From: Clostridia bacterium
GTDB lineage: Bacteria > Bacillota > Clostridia > Christensenellales > CAG-917
Direction: 5' to 3'
Assembly: GCA_024405515.1 (NCBI GenBank)
Contig: JAKSOR010000004.1
Coordinates: 1 to 53,800 of the forward strand
Length of the DNA: 53,800 nt
Part shown: one piece after another, positions 1 to 9,500 of the stretch
Numbering within the stretch: position 1 is the stretch's first letter
How the letters are laid out: each line of letters begins with the position of its first letter
Position numbers and translations under genes: made by a program
Notes under the pieces: model-generated
Seen by the model: only the letters and a program-made list of their open reading frames with translations
Database searches by the model: none
Told to the model about the DNA's origin: nothing

Positions 1-51
1 AAACCGTTTGGGTGCAAGCCCACGGGGGTTCGAATCCCTCTTCTTCCGCCA
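1..51 (+). tRNA. 3' half of tRNA-Ser (truncated by window edge; anticodon not visible)
   Basis: Long variable arm TGGGT-GCAA-GCCCA, T-arm GGGGG-TTCGAAT-CCCTC, discriminator G48 and encoded CCA at 49-51. Long arm plus G discriminator fits Ser. Confidence 0.85.
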
Positions 52-90
52 AAAGGATCAGTTAGATTCGTCTGACTGGTCTTTTTCTTT
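52..90 (+). terminator. Rho-independent terminator after tRNA
   Basis: Hairpin GATCAGTTAGA-TTCG-TCTGACTGGTC (with G-U pairs) followed by TTTTTCTTT. Confidence 0.8.
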
Positions 91-108
91 GTTTTTATCA
101 TTTTTTGT

Positions 109-137
109 TTTACTTAGTTTGAAAAGGAATATATAAT
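109..137 (+). promoter_or_regulatory. sigma-A promoter for ABC operon
   Basis: TTTACT(109-114)-17 bp-TATAAT(132-137); GAGGA RBS before ATG 155. Confidence 0.6.
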
Positions 138-154
138 CCTTAATAGAGGATTAT

Positions 155-1660
155 ATGAAGAAAGTTTTACTAGTTACTTTTACTTTGATAATTTTGATTT
201 TGCTTCTCTGCTCCTGCAATTCATCCAGGGCACATATCAACAGCATTTCAGACTTAAACGGCAAAAATGTCACAATCGAAAACGGGTCAATTCAGGGCGA
301 TATAATATCTTCCGAGCCTTCACTTAACGGAGTAGAGGTTGAAACATCCCCTACAATTCAGGATGCAGTTGCAAAGCTGTTACTGAAAAAAACCGATGCT
401 GTTGCTCTTGACTACCAACTGGCTCTGAAAATTGTAGAACAGTACGACGGACTGAAAATTATTGATGATAAACTAAATGATTCCGAATACGGATATGCAT
501 TTAAAATAGGGAGTCCTCTTGTAGATAAGTTTAATTCCGTATTAAGCGAGATGGAATCAAGTGGCAAACTTGAACAAATCAGACAGAAGTGGCTTAATGG
601 TGATACTTCATTTGATAATACTCAGGACTGGGATGCTCCGAACGGAGTATTAAAATGCTCTGTCCAGTCACATTTTGAACCTATATGTTATAAGAGTGAT
701 GACAAAATTATAGGAATGGACCCTGAAATTGTCCTCAATATAGCTGAAAAACTCGGATATAAAATAGAATTTGTTGAAGATGATTTTGAAAATCTTCTGG
801 CATCAGTAGTTTCAGGAAAAACCGATATGGCAGCATCAGCTATCACAATTACCGAAGCACGAAGGAAATACGTTGATTTTACCCAGGGTTATTTTGAAGA
901 GAGCAGTGTTTTTATTGTTATTGACTACAATGCTGATAAAATTTCAAGCGGAGTCGGCGTAAAAATCAAGGATGCATGGAACAGATCCATGATAGAAAAC
1001 AACAGATGGAAGGATATTCTTAAGGGTCTTGGCGTGACACTTCTTATGATTTTCACATCAATTCCTATCGGCTTTGTTCTTATATTCCTTCTTTTCCTGC
1101 TTTACTACTATGCAAACGATAAATTCAGAAGCATAATAAGTGGCATAAATAAATTCTTTATCTTAATGCCTCTTTCAACATGGCTTCTTATATGTTACTA
1201 TCTGATATTCCCTGACCGGTCTGTTTCATCATATTTTATCGGAATATTCGCACTTTCAGTTCAGTTCCTAACTGGATATTTCGGAACAGTTGCCGGAGCA
1301 TTTGAAGCAATTAATCCGGAACAGTTTGAGGCTGTAATCACAATGGGATATTCAAAAACCAAGGCATTATTTAAGATATTCTTACCACAGATGATGCCGG
1401 CAATTTTTGCCGGAATGGAAATAAATGTCATTTTCCAGGTAAGAGATACTTCTATTGTAGGATTTATTGCTATTCAGGATATACAGGCAGTTGCGGACGG
1501 AATCAGTTCAAAAGTTATTGATCCTTTCATTCCACTTGCAATTACTGCCGTTTCATATATTTCACTTGCAGCACTGACAACATTTATTGTCAAACTGATA
1601 GGAAAAGCAATTGCTTTTCATTCAAAAAAATCCAATACAGTGATTAAGGAGGCGGAATAA
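155..1660 (+). CDS. Polar amino-acid ABC transporter, fused substrate-binding (SBP_bac_3-like) and permease, with lipoprotein-type signal
   Basis: Lipobox-like LLCSC; SBP3 motifs (GMDPEI, AITITEARRKYVDFT, YGYAF...GKLEQIRQKW); hydrophobic C-terminus with EAA-like loop EQFEAVITMGYS...IFLPQ. Confidence 0.9.
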   Translation: MKKVLLVTFTLIILILLLCSCNSSRAHINSISDLNGKNVTIENGSIQGDIISSEPSLNGVEVETSPTIQDAVAKLLLKKTDAVALDYQLALKIVEQYDGLKIIDDKLNDSEYGYAFKIGSPLVDKFNSVLSEMESSGKLEQIRQKWLNGDTSFDNTQDWDAPNGVLKCSVQSHFEPICYKSDDKIIGMDPEIVLNIAEKLGYKIEFVEDDFENLLASVVSGKTDMAASAITITEARRKYVDFTQGYFEESSVFIVIDYNADKISSGVGVKIKDAWNRSMIENNRWKDILKGLGVTLLMIFTSIPIGFVLIFLLFLLYYYANDKFRSIISGINKFFILMPLSTWLLICYYLIFPDRSVSSYFIGIFALSVQFLTGYFGTVAGAFEAINPEQFEAVITMGYSKTKALFKIFLPQMMPAIFAGMEINVIFQVRDTSIVGFIAIQDIQAVADGISSKVIDPFIPLAITAVSYISLAALTTFIVKLIGKAIAFHSKKSNTVIKEAE

Positions 1661-2748
1661 TGCTAAGAATTGAAAATCTGTGCAATAAATATAATTCCCG
1701 TGTTGTCTTTAACAACCTTAATCTTACTGTTAACAAAGGTGAAGTAATCGGTATTATAGGCGCATCAGGATCAGGCAAATCTACCCTGTTAAAATCAATA
1801 CTTCTTCTTCGTGAATTTGAAAGCGGACACATATATTTTAAAGATACTGAAATTACAAAAAAATCCATCTGTTCCCCTGCTATCAGCGGTAAAATAGGTC
1901 TTATATTCCAGAATGCCAACAGTCTTTTTTACCATCTTTCTGTTATTAACAATATCACATGTGGTCTTATTGACATTAAGCATATGAAGAAAAAAGATGC
2001 TTATGAAAAAGCAGAAGGACTTTTAAAATTAGTCGGTCTTAATGATAAAGCAAATGATTATCCTGGAACACTTTCAGGAGGACAGCAGCAGAGGTTATCC
2101 ATAGCAAGAGCCTATGCCCTCGACCCTGAATTAATTCTTATGGATGAACCGACATCAGCACTCGATCCTCTTGCCAAAAAAGAAGTTGAAACAGTAATCA
2201 AACTTATGGCAGACAAAGGTGAAACCATTATTATTGTAAGTCATGAACTTGAACTGATAAAAAATGTCTGCTCAAAAGTTGTTTTTCTTAATGACGGTTA
2301 TGTTTATGAAGAAGGCACACCTTCTGAAGTACTGGATAGCCCTAAAAAAGATGCAACCAGGAGATTTGTAAAAGCTTTAAGAGTCCTTGAACTCAGCATT
2401 AACTCTTCAGACTTTGACTTCATCGGCCTCAGCACAACTCTTTCCGAATACGCTTACAGGACGTCGATGCCGCACTCCCATATGCTTAAAATGCATTCTG
2501 TTCTTGAAGAATTGTTCCATGTATTCATTATAGACAGCAAAGAGAACAATAAACTAAAAATACTGCTTGAGTATAATGATAAAGAAGATGTGGTATACGG
2601 CACAGTATTTGCAACAGGAGATGAAATAGATACAGACAATCCATATTTCTATGTATCTTGGAAAATTATTGAGAAACGTACACAGGATCTTGAAATAACA
2701 AGATGCGACACGGACGGATTCACCAACCTTTTAAAATTCAGAATCTGA
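1660..2748 (+). CDS. Amino-acid ABC transporter ATP-binding protein (GlnQ-like) with ~120-aa C-terminal extension
   Basis: Walker A GASGSGKS, LSGGQQQR signature, Walker B ILMDEPTSALDP, H-loop VSHE; TAATG overlap with the upstream gene. Confidence 0.92.
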   Translation: MLRIENLCNKYNSRVVFNNLNLTVNKGEVIGIIGASGSGKSTLLKSILLLREFESGHIYFKDTEITKKSICSPAISGKIGLIFQNANSLFYHLSVINNITCGLIDIKHMKKKDAYEKAEGLLKLVGLNDKANDYPGTLSGGQQQRLSIARAYALDPELILMDEPTSALDPLAKKEVETVIKLMADKGETIIIVSHELELIKNVCSKVVFLNDGYVYEEGTPSEVLDSPKKDATRRFVKALRVLELSINSSDFDFIGLSTTLSEYAYRTSMPHSHMLKMHSVLEELFHVFIIDSKENNKLKILLEYNDKEDVVYGTVFATGDEIDTDNPYFYVSWKIIEKRTQDLEITRCDTDGFTNLLKFRI

Positions 2749-2754
2749 TAATAC

Positions 2755-2780
2755 AAATGCCTGGCAGGTGCCAGGCATTT
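2755..2780. terminator. Bidirectional terminator between convergent genes
   Basis: Perfect inverted repeat AAATGCCTGGCA-GG-TGCCAGGCATTT. Confidence 0.8.
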
Positions 2781-2799
2781 TAGTTATAGAGACTTTGAT

Positions 2800-3483
2800 T
2801 TATGCTTCTATCTCGGGAGCATTTTTATCTTTGATCATATTGTTCAGGAACGTAAATATGGTCGCTGCAGCACTGTATGAAGAGAGCATTAATATCTGAG
2901 AAACAGCAGATGTTACGCAGTAACTGTCTTTATCGTTTGCCTGAGTTATTGCATATACGCAGATAATAAGCATAAATGCAAGTATACCTGTCTCAGTAAG
3001 TCCCTGCATCAGGTTCCTCTTATATGAAGTTACAGCAACGAATATAAGCACAAAGAACGGCATAAAGAAACCTGGTGCGCAAAGAGATGTATGAGCGGTT
3101 CTTAAAGCTGTTAAGTGTGCATCATCAGGTTCGTAGTATGCTGGAATTGAAAGCCCAACTGTAATAATCAGTACTCCGAATCCTGCTATTGCATATAAGA
3201 GTTTTTTAAACCACTTTGCATAACGGCCGCTTTCAAGTATATGATAAAGACCATAAAGGAATAATCCAAAGTTCAGCCCGCCGGCAAAAAGAGCAAGCGG
3301 GAAAAGTCCCTGTGGCCAGGCTATTCTTGAAAGAGACGTTGAAATCGGTCTCTCTCCTCCTGCAAAAGTCACTCCGACATTGATAATAGGGACTATAACA
3401 AAGGATAAAATTGCCAGGATTACATACTGAGTATTCTGGTTCTTTATCTTTACTTCTTTGCTGTAATCGAATATCTGTCTCAT
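2800..3483 (-). CDS. Multi-pass membrane protein of unknown function
   Basis: 227 aa, about 6 hydrophobic segments; GGGGAG RBS upstream. Confidence 0.8.
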   Translation of the reverse strand: MRQIFDYSKEVKIKNQNTQYVILAILSFVIVPIINVGVTFAGGERPISTSLSRIAWPQGLFPLALFAGGLNFGLFLYGLYHILESGRYAKWFKKLLYAIAGFGVLIITVGLSIPAYYEPDDAHLTALRTAHTSLCAPGFFMPFFVLIFVAVTSYKRNLMQGLTETGILAFMLIICVYAITQANDKDSYCVTSAVSQILMLSSYSAAATIFTFLNNMIKDKNAPEIEA

Positions 3484-3540
3484 AAAAACTCCCCTTTTGT
3501 TATTATTATTGTAGACTGACTAGAATTGTCAGCATCAGTT

Positions 3541-6500
3541 TTATTGATAATTCTTGCTTACCTTTATCAACGGAGCCACAGCAGAAAGATTGTCACGTGC
3601 TGAGAATGAATTTACCGATGCTCTATCGTTGCAGATGCAATATGTATTGAATGCTCTATCAGCATAATCAGCAGCACCTGGTGTTTGCGAAACAGCATTG
3701 GCGTCACAATCATTAAAACCTGAAGCATAGGCATAAGCCGAGCCTTTACCAGGAACCCCGAATGAGTTGACGTACGCCTGTAACTGGTCTCTTGTAGGAA
3801 GGGCAATAGTGTCAGGCATACCGGATGACGGCGGTAAAATCCATGAGCTTTCAGAATTAATAAACAACGCATTATACATATCAGCATTAATCCACTTTCT
3901 TATTTCAGAATGATAATAATCAGTCAATAGTAACTGAAGCCCATCATAGTAATAATAAATATAATGCATATCATACATATGAACATCAAGCACGCTGCAC
4001 GACATAAGTGTAAGATCAGTATCTGTTTCTCCTATAATAGCCCACAAAACAGGTTCGAATTTAAACCAGTACACGTTGTGAAGTTCATATCCGGAAGGCA
4101 TATCATGCGTATATCCCAAACTATAGATAGTGGTTTCAGGAACTTTATTTATCAGATAAAGAGCTCTGTATAATTCTCCGTTATATTCAAAATCAGCATG
4201 CCATCTCCATGGTTCCACTCTATCACCGCCATGTGAAGAATTTATTACGTATGCATTACCATGATATGCAGTTCTTGAATTGTATTTTGCTATAAGTCCA
4301 CTATCCGAAGTCTTATATGGACCTGCGACAAGAGAGTCTTCTCCATATGGATATAAGGTCACCTTATTTGCCAGGTCACAGAGACAAATATCTCCGTTTA
4401 CGAGGTCAACATACGGAAGCAATGTATAAGTCGTACCATTATTTGTTATCACAACTTTCGAAATTTTTGCCTTTGCAAAATTAGATGGCATATTATCGTC
4501 GTTATTCATTGCAAAGATATACAACGGGCGGGCATCTCTCCATCCTCCATCTGATAAAATTGAGTTCTCCGGAAAACCTCCTGGATATTCAGTAGAAGCA
4601 GAGAATCTGACTTGTGATGTACCGATTATTGTCTCTAACTGGGTTGATGTACCTGTGTATGAGAAAGCTACATCAATCTGAGTATCTGAATCCCAGAAAA
4701 AGTCAGTAGTATAACAGCATTGACCGGTATTTTCAACATATTCTATTGCAGCAAATCTCTTATTAAAATCTGCAATAAGAAGATTATTAAGATTGTTAAT
4801 TAAAGATGAATCTGTAACACGGGATGTAGGATAAGAGCCATACATAACATATTTGCCATCCTTATCCTGTTCTCCTTTCTCATTAACCCTAACCCAAGTC
4901 TTGAATCCGCATCTAGAGCAAAGTTCCCCTTCAAAATTATGACCTAAAGGTTCACCCACTGAGAATGTTTCAGTTGTACTGTGTTCTTTTCCGCACTTAC
5001 ATGACAGATAGTATTTTTTCGGTTCAGTACACGTTGCCGAGGAGGCTACATAACTCTCATTTATGTATTCGCCTAAATTATGTACCGGGTCTCCGTATGT
5101 AAACGTATCATCATGATCCGAGCAAACTGTTTCACAGTTAGCACAGGACTTGTAATAAATTGCAGGGCTTGTGCAGTTTGCAGGAGATTTCAGTGCTGAA
5201 TTCTTAACAATTTCTTTAGTAGGATCATGCGGTGCGTAATCTCCGTATGAGAATGTTTCAGTATCACTGCATGAACCACAGGTACATGATACATAGTATC
5301 TTGCAAGCTGTGTACATGTAGCAACTGACTTAAGATATCTGTCTTCAGCTATATGAAGTCCGTTTTCTCTTGAATAATCGCAGATATGGTTCTTATCAAG
5401 GACTACGGATACCATAGGTATAAGTCCGTATACAGGCTCATGGAGATTCGATATATTCTTCGCCCCGTCCTTAGTCCAGAGACGCATATCACCATCAGGT
5501 TCGACATAATAGTAAGATGCACCATCAGAATTTGTCTTAAGGCCTTTAATCCTTGAATATGTTGAATATTCTGTTAAACCTTCATCAAATACATAAGCCT
5601 CCTTGACCGGAGTGATTTCGGTTACCATTTCTTTCTGGAGGTTATTAAGTGCCATTCCCATGAAAATGCCATTCAGGTAATCCTTCAGGAATGAATTTTC
5701 ATAATTCAGGTTATTATTTGAGATAAACGGCACAGTCATAGAATCAATGGAACTGACGCAAACAAGATTTGCCCTTCCGTCTTTAAGGTCATGTATCTTC
5801 CAAAGAAGCGGTTCATACTTAAACCAGTACACTTTATTCAGTGCGAATCCGTTGACAGTTCCTCCTGTGTAATCTACACCATCAGGCAGAGAACTGTAAT
5901 AAATCGCCCTGTATCTGACTGTTTCGTTAGGGAGTTTCATTGCATAGTCATAATATGCACCCTCCCCGGTATTATAGTCACCGCTGAATTTCAGGTTCTC
6001 AATAAGTGTCCAGCCGTTGAGATTGTCCTTTGTCGGAAGATGCGATACTGCATCAAGTGAATTAAGTTTTGTTTCAACAGAAAGATTACGTACAAGTTCA
6101 AGCGGATATTCGCCGAACTGTATGTAGTCACCTTTCTTATTAGGTGTACCATCCGCATCACACCTTATATAAGACCATTCGCCGCACTTTAAGCATTTCC
6201 CGTTTTCATCAGGATTATGTCCTAAAGGATCCCCTACCGTGAATGTATATTTCTCATCACAACTTACTGCACCGCATTCACATGTCTTGTAGTAAGTAAG
6301 GGCATGAGTACAGTCCTGTTCACAGTAAAGATACCTTTCATCCTGTATCTGTTTATTAAATGTGCAGATGTGAATTACCGCTTCAGGATGAGGTGCAAAA
6401 CTGACATAATCAGGATATTCACGGCCTAATGTTATAGATGAAGTGCCACCGGCTGCAGCATCTGTATTAATTAATCTATCTGTGTTTTCCGGATAATAAG

Positions 6501-9500
6501 TCCTTGTCGGGATGTAAGATTTGTCGGCGCTCATCAAATAAGCATATGTGTTAGAAGTCAAAGCGGTAGTCTTACATGTTTTTAATATATTCCACAGTTC
6601 ATCCTTATCCGGAAGATACAGATAGTCTTTTGTTATAACCGTACCACGTCCAAGAGTTTCCGATCTTAAATTTGTCTGAAGAACATTTTCTAATTCAAGG
6701 GCACTAAATGCTTCATTATAAAAAACTTCGTTAAGCCATTCCCTTACATAAGAGAAATCCCAGTCTGTAGGATAATACTCAGTCTTCCCGTCAGGAGTTG
6801 TAGATTTTGCATTGTCAATGGAATACTGGAGTATGTCAGTATGGTCAATGGCCCAAATAGTATAAGTACTTTCGCTTGACCTTACAATTTTCCACAAGAT
6901 AGGCTCAAACTTAAAGACAACAACCTCTTTTGTCGGCATATCACTCATAGTGGGAGTGGCGTACAAAAATTTCTGTCTGTTATGAAGGAAGTATACTGCA
7001 CGGTATTTCTCCCCTTCATATTCAAAATCTTTATACCAGGCAAATTCTTCAGGATGGATACCACGTTCCGCAGCAGAATATACATAGAAATCGTATGGTG
7101 TCCAGCCTTTTCTGTCATATGTAAGTGCTGCCACCTCAACCGGAACAGCTCCAGCTATATTTTTAAGATTTGTCAAAAGTGTTCCGTCAGTTATCCTTGT
7201 CCTTGGATAATTGCCGAAAAGTACATAGTCTCCGTTTTCATTCGGAGTTCTGTCACTATTACATCTCATAGCTGTTGTCTGTCCGCAGTCCCTACACTTT
7301 CCGTTTTCAATTCTGTGTCCGGACTTAAGACCATACTCAAATGTATCTGATTCGTATCTGCTGCTCTTACCGCATGTACAGGACTTATAGTAGATAGCAG
7401 GACTTGTACAGGTGGCAACAGACTTTAATGCCTTACTGTTTACTACTTCCTGATCAAATTTGCAGACGTGTGTTGTTACAAGTGTTACCCAGCACTCAGG
7501 TACTATTCCCATTGAAGAATACTCAATCGGGTTTGATACAATTCCGTAGAAGTTTGCGGAACTTAAGACTTTCTTACCGTCTGTTGCAAAATTGTCCTCA
7601 CTGCCGGTATTCTCAGGGTTATACAGATACCACTGGTTATCATACTTGTCCACTCCGTCGAATCCCTGCTGACAGAGTGCATAATCACTTGCAACCTTAA
7701 AGTTGTTATAGTCGCTGCCGATTCCGTACTGTTCATACTGTGCTTTGCTTAAAAGTGTTACCTTATCGGCAAAAGCTTTTTTACCTGATACTGAATCCAC
7801 ACTGATTTTTTCGGATTTTAATCTTTCTCTCTGAAGCTGTGAGAATGCGGTAGTATAGAAATCATTAAGGAGCCAGTTTCTGAGATATGAGTACTCATAG
7901 TCATTAGCCATTGTTCCTTCAGGGATTTCATCTCCGACATTGTAGTAATTTCCTCCGTTTAAAGTAAACTGGTCAAAGAACGGCTGGAAATCAATAATGG
8001 ATGTACAGAGCACATGTGCTTCTCCGTTCATTTCTGACAGAATCTGCCATATTAGTCTTTCATACTTGAACCAGTATACAGTACCTGTCTTATATCCGTT
8101 CAGTTCCTGATATGATTCAGCATTAGACGGTGATAATGCCCTGTATTCATCAAAATACACTGCTCTGTATTTTTCATATTTATCATAATCTGCTTCGGTT
8201 GCTGCAGGTATTGTCAGTGTGTAGTCAAAGTACCACATATGTACTTCGCCGCTGACCACTGAAGTTCCGCTGACGAAATTGTTATATGAATATGGTGTCC
8301 AGTTATAGTAGTTATCTGCAGTCGGAAGAAGCGGGATATTTTTGTTAAGTGTACTGAGAAGAACGTTATCAGTTACTCTTGTCTGAGGATATTCACCAAA
8401 GAGAATATATCCTTCATCAGTTTCTGTTTCTCCGCCGAACTGATTACATCTGAGTGCAGACCAGAGGCCGCATCTTGAACATACGCCCTTCTTATCAAGA
8501 ACGTGTCCTAACGGGTCCTGTCTGTCTCTTACGATTTCATAATCGCAGTTAAGGCACTTATAAGTTGTATATCCGCCCTCTGAACATGTCGGGGCTTTTA
8601 CTGTTGCGGAAAGTGTATGACCAAGCGGCAGAGTCGGTTTAGCCTGTTCCATATGGCCGCAGTCCTTACATGTTCTGATTGTGTAACCGCCGGTTAAGCA
8701 TGTCGGGTCAATAACAACGTCATCGAAGTCATGATTTGCAGAATCAATTTCACCATATTCGGCTCCGCATCTCACACATTTTGCGAGTTTTGCACATGTC
8801 GGTGTACCGCCGGAGTGTCCGAGCGGTTCATATGATGCTGTTCTAGCGTTTGTTCCGTTGAAATAATATGTATGCTGATATCCGCTCTCTAAACATGTTG
8901 CAGGCTGCTCATCAACCTTATATGCACAGTCTGAAAGTGAATCGTTGTTTGGTTCAATTAAAATATTGTCAAGTCTTGCGTCATATTTTGCAGACTTAAG
9001 CATCGGGCATCTTGCAAATGCCCACTCCTCTACCAAGAGTGCAACGTTACCGAGTTCAACAGACTCAAGAACAGAACAGTCATAGAATGCCTGCTCACCG
9101 ATGTACTCAAGTCCGCCGGTTACTGTCATGTAGGAAAGTGAATAACAGTGGTTGAATGCAAGCTTATCAATCTCTATTACGTTTTCAGGAATTTCAATTC
9201 TTGTTAAGCCTCTGCAGTATTCGAATGTGCTTTCCTCAATCTTTGTGTAATTGCTGTTTTCCGGCAATGCAACAAGTCTTAAGTTCGATGCATAGCAGAA
9301 TGCATTCTTACCGATTGATTCAACGGTTGACGGAATAGTAAGTGTCGAGATTCCTCCTTCTTTGAATGCTCCCTCACCGATTGATTTAAGTCCGTCAGGA
9401 AGTTCCACTGTTGAAAGAACGGATGTTCCCTCAAATGCACTGGCTCCTATTGTTTCAACTGTTGCAGGAATCGAAATTCTCTGGAGAGCAGAACAGTATG

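Noticed and set aside
7657-7668. TCGAATCCCT match to the tRNA T-loop as a possible attR
   Set aside because: Only ~10 nt, inside an intact CDS, and does not extend to the tRNA 3' end.
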